NCBI GenBank assembly: GCA_951406725.2
Contig: OX597816.1
Span: 93,992,001-94,056,000 of the forward strand
DNA: 64,000 bases
Source of the DNA: Octopus vulgaris
Taxonomy: Eukaryota
Direction of reading: 5' to 3'
The notes under the pieces are model-generated. The model was given only the letters and a program-made list of their open reading frames with translations, was not told the origin of the DNA and ran no database searches. Shown in pieces: positions 53,000 to 64,000 of this stretch (positions within the stretch are counted from its first letter, which is position 1; each line of letters begins with the position of its first letter). The position numbers were made by a program, and so were the translations under genes.

Positions 53000-53308
53000 A
53001 GCGGTGAGTTGGCAGAATCGTTAACACGCCAGATAAAATGCTTAGCGGTATTTCGTCCATCTGTACGTTCTGAGTTCAAATTACGCCGAGGTCGACTTTG
53101 CCTTTCATCCTTTCGTGGTCGATTAAATAAGTACCAGTTACGCACTGGGGTCGATATAATCGACTTAATCTTGTCTGTCCTTGTTTGTCCTCTCTGTGTT
53201 TAGCCCCTTGTGGGTAGTAAAGAAACAGGTATTTCGTCTGTCTGTACGTTCTGAGTTCAAATTCCGCCGAGGTCGACTAAGCCTTTCGTCCGTTCGGGAT
53301 CGATAAAC
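53000..53308 (+). mobile_element. SINE family A, full copy plus partial second unit
   Basis: The 3' end AAAGAAACAG runs directly into GTATTTCGTC...GTCGAC again. Confidence 0.9.
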
Positions 53309-53705
53309 GGAGATGTAACGAGGGTTGGGAAATTTGGTGCAGGATTTTAAAGACGAAGAGAGCAGAAAGATGAAAAAAGAAAGGGTAGCAATACGAGTTA
53401 GAAATAAAAGAGAGAATAATTGAAAGCTGGTGAGTTAGAGTTCTACTTTTGTTGACAGATAGAATCTTTGTTGACTTCTGAATTATGTTGTACATTCTGC
53501 GGTTACACTAAAATTACTAATTAGTTAATTATTTAGTTAATTAATAAATTAATTAATCAAGCAATTGCTTTGTCAGATTCAAACAATATGAATGATGATT
53601 TACTTCTTTTTTTGTTCGCACTTCCGTGTGCAACCAGCGCTGAATTTTTCTTTCGCACAACCGCACACAAATATGTATGTACAGGTATATATGCATGTTT
53701 GTATG

Positions 53706-53772
<67 letters not shown>

Positions 53773-53960
53773 GACAGACAGACAGACATGGATGGATGAA
53801 TGAATGGATGGATATGTTTATCGAAAATAATATATATATACATATACATAATATATATAGAGATATTTATATATACATGCAAATACAAATTATACCTGCA
53901 CACACACATTCATACGTATATATACTTACCTTCATAGATATACGTATATAACATACATTA

Positions 53961-55858
53961 TATATCCTTCAATACGTTGGATATACAGATTTCACGAAGC
54001 GGAGATAGACACAACTGTTTTCACACGACGTACTTGAAATTACTCTACTAAACACGATACTCTAATAAATACAAACTCTCAACGATCTCAGCGACTTCCT
54101 ACGACTCCAAGAACTCTCAACGATTCCTACGACCCACTTCGTCTCAACCAATACGCTATTCTTTATAAGAGTTCGGCTAGTCAATTCTTCCAGTCCAACA
54201 GGAAGTTAAATATTCCTTCCGTTTAGGCACTACTTCCAACCGTTCTGTTTGTTTACTTGCTACTACGCCTAGGTTCGACTGCCTGTGGAGTTGTAACATC
54301 AAAAGTGTCGTAGAGCACTTCCATCTGTATTTCTTTTTCCGCATTTTTAAAAATCAGTCTTGATAGAGAATCTGCATGGCCTAATTTCTTGGATGGTATA
54401 TACTCCATCTTGAAATCGTAGTTTAATAATATTGTAGCCTAGCGCTGAAACCTGTTAGCAGTATAGGTAGGAATTCCTTTTTTCGACCTTCGATAATAAC
54501 GGTAGGTGATCAGTTTGTAGCCGAAAACTTCTACCGAGCAAAAATCTATAAAGTTTTTTCACTGCAAAAATGACCGCGAGAGCTTTTTCGATTTGACTAT
54601 AATTCTTCTCTGGTGATACCAGAGAAGGTGAGGCATGAACCATCGCCTTCATGTTGCCATCTTTATATTTATGTAGCATTATTGCTCCTACACCGTACTC
54701 AGAAGCGTTTGAAGCTACAACAATCTCCGCTACAAGATCGAAATGGGCTAACGACAAATCAGATATTAATATTTCTTAAAATTTCGTCAAATACCTTTTG
54801 GCAATTTTCTGACCAATTCCATTTCATATCTTTTTTCAGCAAATTATTTAGTGGAGCCCTAACCTTATTTGGGATATAATTTTGGTAATAATTTTCCAGT
54901 CCCAAAAATGCTTATAAGGTCGCTATATTAGTCGGAGGAAGCATATCTTTAATTGCGTCTGCCCTCGACGGGTCAGGTTGTCATCTATTTCTGTAAATGA
55001 TTTGCCCTAAATATCTTATTTCCGGTAAGAAAAACCCACGTTTTTTATTCACTCAAGATAAAGCCATAATTCTTAATTTTTTCAAATACATATTTTACGT
55101 CCGATGTATTGACAGTTAAAACATTTTAAAGCTTAAAACGGACAAATATTTTTTTAAATGTAGACCTCCGCACCCATAGCATGGATTGGGTCTAGATTTT
55201 CGTTTTTCTTTTTCTTTAACTGTTGCAGGTCGACACGCAAGTATGTGAGAGTAATATTTTTCTTCGATATTATTTGCATCAATTCGTAGATTAATAATTT
55301 TCTGACTTTCCTCTGCCACTGCCTGCAGAGTCAAATTCTGGTCCTGTTCTAATTTTGTCAGTAACCGGATACGTATCTCTTCATCTTTGCTTGCAGTTAA
55401 CAAATTAGACATTTAAATATGTCCAGGATTAATTCTTTTAGTTTGAATTTTTCACTTTCTCGATTGACGATTCCGGCATAGGTGACGAAATCTTTATCAA
55501 CTTTTTTATTAAATTCAAACACTCCCAACTAGTATTGAGCAGTGAACATCTTTCACGGAAAATTTTCGATAACAATTTAATTGTTTAATCGAAACAAATT
55601 TCACATGGTTTCTTTGGTAGAATGTAGTTACTGTATTTCTTGTGTTCGGCAGGTGATAATTTTCTTAAAAGTAGTCGTACCTTTTCATTATCCGTCCAAC
55701 TTTCGCATTCCTCTTTGAAGATTTCTTTCTATCTTCGGAACTACGCAGAAAAAGTAATACCTTCTTGGTTATAATTAAATTCTGCAGTTGCGTTTGCTAC
55801 ACCGTCTGGCGAGAACGAACCTGAAGTATTTTTTGGACTTCAGCATTAATTCAGCAAC

Positions 55859-55893
<35 letters not shown>

Positions 55894-56329
55894 TAATTGC
55901 TGCTGTAACTGTTGTTACAATTGCTGCTGTAACTGTTGTTGCTGTTGCTGCTGTTACAACTGCACCACTGAAGTTAATAAGTCTTCCACGTTAACTAATT
56001 TTTCTTTGATTTTGTATCAAAAGAAAATGTTAACGTCCGACGTAAGCTTCGAATAAACTCGTCGCCACTTTTATTGCCTTCTATACGTTGGATATAGAGA
56101 TTTCACGAAGCGGGGAGAGACACAACTGTCTTCACACGACGTACTTCAAATTACTCCACTAAACACGATATTCCAATAAATGCAAACTCTCAACGTTCTC
56201 AACGACATCCTACGACTTCCACGAACTCTCAGCGACTCCTACGACTCAACCAATGCGCTACTCCTTATAAGAGTTCGGCTAGTACATTCTTCCAATTTCA
56301 TGGAGGTGTAAATGACTGTCGCCACAACA
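53961..56329 (-). mobile_element. Internally deleted Ty3/Gypsy LTR retrotransposon: 5' LTR about 56072-56329, PBS 56058-56067, decayed gag, partial RT-RNase H, 3' LTR about 53961-54317
   Basis: Two diverged direct repeats (TACGTTGGATAT..AGATTTCACGAAGCGG...GAGTTCGGCTAGT). PBS TGGCGACGAG. gag CYGCGGLH, RT YLGQII, RNase H ASEYGVGA...NYSQIEKALAVIFAVKK...FRLQTDH.PL. Confidence 0.92.
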
Positions 56330-56359
56330 ATACGTACATGATTTAAATAGCTATCAATT

Positions 56360-57085
56360 TAAAACCTAACAGACCAGAAAATGTTTTGTGGACCACGAGA
56401 AAAAAATGTGCTCTGTTGTGAAAATCAGCTGCGCTCTGGACCCAATGTCAACAGAAAAATACAGAGCAAAAGGAATTGCGTATGGATCATAGATAAGGGT
56501 TTGCAAATCCAGTATCCTATATACACGTTCAGTTTTATAACTAACAATATTGGAGCAAAAGGATACGTACCGACATGTTTGGACCAAAGTATGGATGAAA
56601 CATGGGTTCTTTCGGAGAGAAAGCAATTCCGTAATTCATACACTACAAATAATCGCGATATCTGTGGCAATAAAAATCTGCTAGATCTAAAGATTCAAAG
56701 GATGATGAACAAAACGAGATTGTTTCCTTAACAATTTTGCTTCGAAGCAGGTGACCTGTCAAAATTAACTCTAAATCAAAAATAAAAATAAAACATAGAA
56801 GTCATTCATATCAACATGGTGTGCAGCCTTTCTTGGACTCATGACAGCTACATCACATCACACTTCAAAAGTTATGCATCAGTAATCCAAGGGAAGCATA
56901 CAGCAATATAATACCTAATAAACTAGTCACTTTAAAACAATAATAATTGGTGTACTTGGTTTTGTTAGTAAATGCTTTGGTGACAATCTGGTGAAACTAG
57001 GGTTTTCAGTCAAAGAAATCAACCAGCTAACACGCGTATTACAAATGCAATACGTAAGCAGAACAGTAAAAATACATGAGTTTTC
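56360..57085 (+). mobile_element. Fragments of a restriction-like-endonuclease (RLE) non-LTR retrotransposon 3' end (R4/Dong/NeSL-like)
   Basis: Broken frames KPNRPENVLW...VVKISCALD.NVNRKIQSK...LQIQYPIYTFSF...IGAKGYVP, and a second piece IIIGVLGFVSK...LVKLGF, resemble the RLE PD-(D/E)xK C-terminus. Confidence 0.6.
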
Positions 57086-57345
57086 TCAAGTTCAACATGT
57101 AACATTGTTTCTGTTAATTATATTCTAACGAAGGAGATCTATATTTTTAGTAGAAACCAGTTCCCTCTCTAAAGGAATACTTCAAATAATAAAAAATAGA
57201 AATGAACATACATGACTTTTTTTAATTAGTTTTGCGTGATTTTTGAGCAGATATTGGTATACATTAGAAAGTTATTTTGCAAGTAACAAACACATGCACT
57301 GTTTGCATTCGATTCTTTTCATTATTATTATTATTATTCAACTAA

Positions 57346-57515
57346 GGCGGCGGGCTGGCAGAATCGTTAGTACGCCGGACAAAATGTTTAGCGGCATTTT
57401 TTCCAAGTTCACGTTCTAAGTTCAAATGCCGCCGAGGTCGACTTTGCCTTTCGTTTTTTCGGTGCCAAGCACTAGGTTCGATGTATTCGGCTCACTCCTC
57501 CCACCAAATTCCAGG
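57346..57515 (+). mobile_element. SINE family A, internally deleted
   Basis: GGCGGCGGGCTGGCAGAATCGTTAG...GAGGTCGACTTTGCCTTTC. Confidence 0.85.
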
Positions 57516-57884
57516 ATTTTGAGTTGTATAGAGTTATTCCATAGTCACCACTACTTCCAGGTTCACCCTGACTCGGGATATGAAAAGTTTCCACTTATAG
57601 ATCAAATGACCGAAGATCGCTCTGTGGTTAAGGTTAAGGTACTCAGGGCTTAGTTGGGCTCTAAACATGTCACACAGGCCCACAAATGTAGGGAATGCTG
57701 AAATGTCACATGGACCGGTACCCCTGCATAAGGGTTAAATATGTCCTGCGCCTCAAAGGAGAGCTCGGGAGAGTAAATAACTTGCAGACTGTTGTATCTT
57801 TCCAAAGAAAATCCATAAAACTTCAGATTTTGGCATGGCAGCCCATGATTGTCGACACCTGCCCATCGAGAATAATGTTATTTT

Positions 57885-58888
57885 TACACCACAAACCGTC
57901 CGCAACCGTTTGAGAGAATTTAGACTACATGGACGAATCGCTAGGAAAAAGCCAATAATATCCGAAAGAAATCGACTCAAACGCCTTAATTTCGCAAAAA
58001 GCCATGCTTAATGGACTGCCGAAGATTGGTGCCGGGTCATTTGGAGTGACGAGTCACGCTTCTGTATATTTGGATCAGATGGTAAAACATACGTCAGACG
58101 TCGCCCAACCGAGGAATTCCATCCGAAATGCGTGAAAAAGACGGCGCAAGCGAGAGGTGGAGATGTGATGGTGTGGGCGGCATTTAGTAGCTTTGGTGTT
58201 GGCTCTCTAGTTACAATTGATGGAAAGCTAAATAGTGTAGGTTATATGAATCTAATAAAGGATAATGTGCCATATTTGACTCACCAAATGCCTCCGGGGG
58301 CTATTTATCAGCAGGACAATAGTCCTGTGCACAAATCCAAAAAGGTTACGGAATTTTTTGATCACCATAATATTGACGTAATCGAATGGCCTCTCCAGAG
58401 CCCCGGACCTGAATCCGATCGAGAACTTATGGAATTATATTTCCAAAATGTCCATGTTAAAAAGCCATCTAATCTAAAACGATTATTCGATTATATTCAA
58501 TGAAACATGGCGAAACATTCCCATAGAATTTTGTAATCACTTAGCGAATTCAATGCCGAGGCGTTGTTCAGCCGTTATTAAGAATAAAGGCTACGGCACA
58601 AAGTACTAATATGTATTTCGTTTTTGTTGCTACAATCTTAAGCTTTAAATAAAATTATAATGATACGGTCTTAAACTAATTTTGCCGGTAAATTTGAAAC
58701 GTTAATATTAATTTAGCGTTAGAATTCTTCAAGTTGTATAAAAATAGTTATTGTCTGCATCATTCAAAAAAGAAATAAATTCTGCATAAGGTGTAAAAAG
58801 ATAACAATAATTTGTATGGTGTTAGTAACAAAATATTTTGTAAGAAATAGAACTTCTATCATCGGTCTTAAATTTATTTTCGCCAGTG
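57885..58888 (+). mobile_element. 5'-truncated Tc1 (DD34E) transposon with an IR/DR-type 3' end
   Basis: VIWSDESRF, GGDVMVWAAFS and QQDNSPVH-(34)-SPDLNPIENLW after one frameshift. Ends CAGTG|TA. CGGTCTTAAA.T.ATTTT repeats at about 58666 and 58863. Confidence 0.92.
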
Positions 58889-58971
58889 TATATATATATA
58901 TATATATACAGAATGTGCTATTATTATATAAAGCCAATATGTCAATATAAATCTCTTTGTTTCTGTTACAG

Positions 58972-59042
58972 GTTAAAACAGATTGCTTTATTACTTTTCT
59001 TTCTTTGTCGGACGATGGCCAGAAGTACTAAAGGAAAAGACG
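58972..59042 (+). CDS. Candidate host-gene exon (71 nt), product unknown
   Basis: Strong acceptor TCTCTTTGTTTCTGTTACAG| and donor GACG|GTAAGC. Open frame LKQIALLLFFLCRTMARSTKGKD, with ATG at 59015 in ACGATGG context. No homology recognised. Confidence 0.5.
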
Positions 59043-59621
59043 GTAAGCTAGTTATTCTCATTAGTAAATTCTTGCGAAATATTAATAGTAACCGGTTGTG
59101 ATTGTAATTTTTGTTATTATTATGCCTACAAAGAATAACCTAACATTGTAATGAAGGCACTTAATTATAAAAGCTAGTCTTTAAAAAGCTATTTAACTGT
59201 TTAACATCAACTGATTAAGTGCTGACATATTTTTTCTTTTTTTTTACCAATGTTTGTATTTTTGCCGATTTACATCGGCAAAAGTTATCTAGAATGGCAC
59301 TGCACAGTTCCATTTACTAAATTCTATATACAATATATTAGTCAACCTGAGACTATGATAGAAGAAACTTGTCTAAAGTGCCGCGTAGTGAGATCGAACT
59401 CGTTAAAGCACTTCAGAAACTGTTTTAAATATTTAAATATACCTGTCCTTGTTACAAGAGAAGATGATAAATCGGGGTGGCTAGGAAAGGATGGTACACG
59501 GTTTGCCACTTCGAAAAAGCAGAAACCATTAAGACGCACCAGATAGAGAGGGGTGGAGAGAGGGGAAGGAGAAAAACAGAGAGAGAGAGTGTATATATCT
59601 ATAGATCATCGTTGTCAACAC

Positions 59622-59912
59622 CAGTGCTTCGCAAACTATCTGATGTGGTGTGCTGGCAGTTTTTTTTTTTCCAATGTGCCAGGAACCTGTAATATTTCTT
59701 AATAATATAAATTTATACCGGAAACAATATGTGTAATGAATACAACAAAAGACGACATTTTTTTTTATCTTATATCTATTTTGTAAACAAATAATACAAT
59801 ATTACATAAGCATTTTATGAGCATGTTTCTTAACTGGAAACTCACCGAGTACCGACAGCTGATGGCTCGCGGACCGGCACCGGTCCGTGGTCCACCACTT
59901 TGAATAGCACTG
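59622..59912. mobile_element. hAT-type MITE
   Basis: Termini CAGTGCTTCGCAAA / TTTGAATAGCACTG with subterminal GGACCGGCACCGGTCC. TSD not convincing. Confidence 0.7.
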
Positions 59913-60200
59913 GCTACACGACGAATATAAAGTTCGTTATGTAGACGATTGTCAAAAAAAAATATATATTTCAATTATTTTCTTCTAATTATATCTTTTA
60001 TTCTTTTACTGCGTTCAGTCATTGAACTGCTGCCATGCTATGACATCGGCATCAAAGGTTTAGGCGATCATATCGACCCCAGGACTTATTACAGTCTCAT
60101 ACTTATTTTATTGGAGCATAACATAAACAATATAAACAACATGAACAACATCGGTTTTAATTCTATGTAAAGAAAAAAGACACGCACACACTTCGACGAC

Positions 60201-60253
<53 letters not shown>

Positions 60254-60256
<3 letters not shown>

Positions 60257-60450
60257 AGAATTCACAAAAAGACAAAGGACGAAGACATGTGGTGTAGACA
60301 TGTGGTGTAGACAACAAACAGATGTATTAGTATAACGCTCGGGAAGTGAAAAAGTCTTTAACGTTTCGAGTCTACGCTCTTCCACAGAAAGGAACACAGA
60401 TAGAAACAAGGAGAGAAAATAAAGAATGTGTAGTAGCTAGCGATCTATCA
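60254..60450 (-). mobile_element. Penelope-like terminal-repeat fragment next to (TA)n
   Basis: Same architecture as 37630-37785: hammerhead-like motif, then a T-rich tail running into (TA)n. Confidence 0.55.
60356..60391 (-). ncRNA. Minimal hammerhead-like motif with variant core (CUGUGGA)
   Basis: CUUU-CUGUGGA-A-GAG(cguaga)CUC-GAA-ACGU-U-AAAG. A6 is changed to U. Confidence 0.45.
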
Positions 60451-60451
60451 T

Positions 60452-60492
<41 letters not shown>

Positions 60493-60493
<1 letters not shown>

Positions 60494-60860
60494 GGAATAG
60501 GAGTGGCTGTATTGTAAGGTGCTTGCTTACCAACCATATGGTTCCGGGTTTAGTCCCACTTTGCGGCATCTTGGGCAAGTGTTTTCCACTATAGCTTCAG
60601 GCCGACCAAAGCCTTGTGAGTGGATTTGGTAGACGGAAACTGAAAGAAGCCCGTCTTATATGTGTGTGTGTGTGTGTCTGTCTGTATTCCTCCCCACCGC
60701 CATCACTTGACATTCGATGCTCGTGTGTTTACGTACCCGTAACTTAGCAGTTCGGCCAAAGAGACCAATAGAATAAGTATTAGGCTTACAAAGAATGAGT
60801 CCTGGGATCTAAAGGCAGTGTTCCAGCATGGCCACAGTCAAATGACTGAAATGAATTAAA

Positions 60861-60865
<5 letters not shown>
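60493..60865 (+). mobile_element. SINE family B
   Basis: Direct alignment to other copies. Confidence 0.9.
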
Positions 60866-60908
<43 letters not shown>

Positions 60909-61034
60909 AAAAAATGAAGTTCGAAAATGCTGCTGTATTATACAGCAATTGTTATAAGCAATTGTGATGACCCATGGTGGAAGTTCGCTGGGTGGTTCTA
61001 GTGAGTTTTTGTGAAATGCTCGGTTTTATAATGC

Positions 61035-61398
61035 CTGTTAGGTGGTCAATCTAGCGTAGCGTGACGTCATCAATGTTTTGACCAATCGTTTCGTTAGGTG
61101 GCTTTAATCAAGTGGAACGGGACGTCATCATTATTTTGACCAATCGCTGCATTATAACTCCCTCTTGTTTGTTTCCTGTCTTGACCAGTCGCTTCGTTAG
61201 TCAAGCATAGCGGGACGTCATCCAGATTCTGCCCAATCACGACTTATAGCTACATTAGATCTGCCCCCTGTCTGTACTTGTTAGGTGACTATTCAAGCAG
61301 AAAAGGACGTCATCAATATTCTGACTAATGACTGTCCCCTGTTTGTATCCTGTCCATTCTAGCAGAGCTAGACGTCATCAACTTGTTGACCAATCAGA
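61035..61398 (+). promoter_or_regulatory. Array of five GACGTCA-N12-CCAAT composite modules (CRE/ATF + NF-Y like)
   Basis: GACGTCA at 61063, 61121, 61214, 61306 and 61371. CCAAT (CTAAT in copy 4) starts exactly 19 nt later each time. Confidence 0.6.
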
Positions 61399-61731
61399 AT
61401 CGGGTCTGACCCTTAGCTGTATCGTATGTATCAGGGTCAGATTTGCACGAAAGAATTTTTTCCCTTTTTTACTAAGGTATATTTCCGTCAGAGTGAGTGT
61501 CTGTTTGAAGTAGCGGCCGTGGTGAAATTTGGTTCTCCTTTTCGGAGGACTTATCTTTTGTTTTAGTATTCCTGGCCCAGGGTGTTTAAACTTGGTCTAA
61601 ATTTTTTTATGAAATATAGTTCTTTATTTTGGCGTTGTGTGAAGGTTGCGTTGTCACTGAATTTATAGAGCGGGTTAGTTGTAAATTTCGGATTTACATT
61701 TCCAGCACATCTATCTATGTGTCCGCTGACC

Positions 61732-61787
<56 letters not shown>

Positions 61788-61790
<3 letters not shown>

Positions 61791-61893
61791 CGCAGGAGTG
61801 GCATCTTGGGCAAGTGTCTTCTGCTATAGCCCCGGGTCAACCAAAGCCTTGTGAGTGGATTTGGTAGACGGAAACTGAAAGAAGCCTGTCGTA

Positions 61894-61963
<70 letters not shown>

Positions 61964-62190
61964 TGTTTGTTTGTGTGTGTGTGTTTGTCCCCCTAGCATT
62001 GCTTGACAACCGATGCTTGTGTGTTTACGTCCCCGTCACTTAGCGGTTCGGCAAAAGAGACCGGTAGAATAAGTACTGGGCTTACAAAGAGTAAGTCCCG
62101 GGGTCGACTTGCTCGACTAAAGGTGGTGCTCCAGCATGGCCGCAGTCAAATGACTGAAACAAGTAAAAGAAAAAAAAGAAAAAGAAGAAT
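61788..62190 (+). mobile_element. SINE family B with a deletion in the head
   Basis: AGGCGCAGGAGTGGC joins ATCTTGGGCAAG at a GTGGC microhomology. Confidence 0.9.
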
Positions 62191-62219
62191 ATATATATAT
62201 ATATATATATGGTTGGGAA

Positions 62220-62250
<31 letters not shown>

Positions 62251-62251
<1 letters not shown>

Positions 62252-62367
62252 TTCCCAACCACATGGTTCCGGGTTCAGTCCCACTGCGTGGCACCTTAAG
62301 CAAGTGTCTTGGGCCGTCCCAAGCCTTGAGAGAGGATTTGGTAGACAGAAACTGAAAGAAGCTTGTC

Positions 62368-62454
<87 letters not shown>

Positions 62455-62642
62455 TGTGTTTACCACTCCACTCCCGCCATCGCATGACATCGATGCTGGT
62501 GAGTTTGTGTCCCTGTAACTTGGCGGTTCGGCGAAGTTACCGATAGAATAAGTTCTGGGTTTGATTTCTTTGACTAAAATCCTTTAAGACGGTGCTCCAG
62601 CATGGCTGCAGTCAAATGACTGAAGAAAGTAAACGAATAAAA
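62251..62642 (+). mobile_element. SINE family B, 5'-truncated
   Basis: CTTCCCAACCACATGGTTCCGGGTTCAGTCCC...GTCAAATGACTGAA. Confidence 0.88.
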
Positions 62643-63741
62643 TTGAATGTATGTATGTATGTATGTATGTATGTATACGCACACGCACACTGTTAACAGG
62701 AAGCTATAGTAAGACGACATTTGTCCATTGAATTTCAAACGAAGCGATCTCCTCAGTTACACACCAAATTCTCTTACATTTTTATTCTGTATATTTACTT
62801 GACACTTTCTTGTTCTTTAATTTACTGTATAATAAAATGTGCGTATTATATATGAACGAATATTTTTCGGTCAAAATAAAGTACGCGCGCGCGCGCGCGT
62901 GCGTGTGTGTGTGTGAAAGAGAGAGAGAGGTGTAACGTGTCTGTATTTGAAATATATGGATGTGTACATGTGAGCATAATTCGATTTGACTTTACCAGTT
63001 ACTGTCATTTCAGTGTTGAGAAATTGTTTTGTGTTCGTCTGTAGCAACAGGGCTCGTATATCTTCAATCGTAAGTTTCTTTGTTTGCATATGTCTGGGGC
63101 ACAAATTTATATTCGACAATTTCAAGTATCCCATCAACCAAGACTAAATTTTCTATTATCTCTTTAGACACTTTGGCGGCTATTATAAGACACCCCTAAT
63201 GTTTCAGTGTTTTCTCGAGAGAAATCCGATAGTGACGGGCAAGCATATAAAACTGAAGAAACGCCAGCTTTCTGTCAGTCATGGGACGGCTGCTTAGCAG
63301 TATATACAGTGTCCAGTTCAGTGGAGTTGTACAACTTATTTGCCCGTCGACTTGTCAACTTCCGACCTATCTTCAATCCTTATTCGGCCCGACTAGACGA
63401 TGCCCACAGAGTATATATAAAAGGCGTTGAAGCGAATAATACGTTCACGCTGGCTTCATTGAACAAACAAGCAAATTGATATCTTGTCTATCCCGGCAGT
63501 TTAATCAATTTTGTTTCGAAATTTAGAGCCTCGCGCCAAACTTAAGGTCGATCGGCTGCTACATTAAAAATAGTGGAGCCAGTCTTCACATACCAAAGTT
63601 TAGCTGTGTTCTATATTTCAGTTGTAATGATTCCAAATAATATGACAATTTGATTAGCAATTTTTTTTTAATATCCTGACACAGTAACTCACAAGATTTT
63701 ATAGCTTTCATAAAAATGAAATTATTATTCGCTGTTCTCTG

Positions 63742-63925
63742 AGGTCGGTAGAGAGCTAGAACTGTTAGTGCGTTGGACAAAATGCTGTGCAATAAGTATT
63801 TTTACGTTCTGAGTTCGTATTCCACCGAGGTCTACTTTGCTTTACATTCTTTCGAAGTTGAAAAAAAGAGTACCTGTCAAATTCGGAGATCAGTATATGG
63901 GACAAATCTATCGCCCATACTTCAG
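63742..63925 (+). mobile_element. SINE family A, degenerate
   Basis: TTACGTTCTGAGTTCGTATTCCACCGAGGTCTACTTTGC. Confidence 0.7.
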
Positions 63926-64000
63926 GTTACGAACAGTTATTTACAATTCTTACACTAAACAACTCTAAGGGTATTTTAGTCTCAACCCTCAGCGGTTAGT

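Noticed and set aside
61035-61398. CRISPR-like repeat-spacer appearance
   Set aside because: The repeats are degenerate, the period is irregular, the inter-repeat sequences are partly related to each other, there are no cas genes and the context is eukaryotic.
63207-63479. 90-aa ORF in unique sequence
   Set aside because: Starts at GTG rather than ATG, has no recognisable motif and no clear donor site, and overlaps a TATA-like element.

Overview
AT-rich, repeat-dense eukaryotic DNA, almost certainly intronic or intergenic. The SINE families and microsatellite content resemble an Octopus genome (my recognition of the repeats, not database-checked). There is no intact protein-coding gene or intact autonomous element, and nearly all listed ORFs are microsatellite read-throughs, SINE translations or decayed TE frames. 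Supported content: more than 25 copies of about four SINE families; decayed Tc1/mariner elements (mariner, maT DD37D, Tc1 DD34E); a Merlin fragment; hAT and mariner-type MITEs; two non-autonomous Helitrons; a 3'-truncated L1/Tx1-like LINE; CR1-like and RLE-type LINE fragments; and an internally deleted Ty3/Gypsy element with two LTRs. The most interesting signals are: (1) four minimal hammerhead-ribozyme motifs with a palindromic ACGU helix III, two of them in a tRNA-headed SINE-like element and its inverted 3' duplicate (46.3-46.8 kb), suggesting a Pol III, Penelope-type retrozyme/SINE; (2) five CRE+CCAAT modules at an invariant 19-bp offset (61.0-61.4 kb); (3) a 5S rRNA-tRNA SINE chimera (50.5 kb); (4) an unexplained multi-hairpin element (49.2-49.5 kb); (5) a well-formed candidate host exon at 58972-59042.
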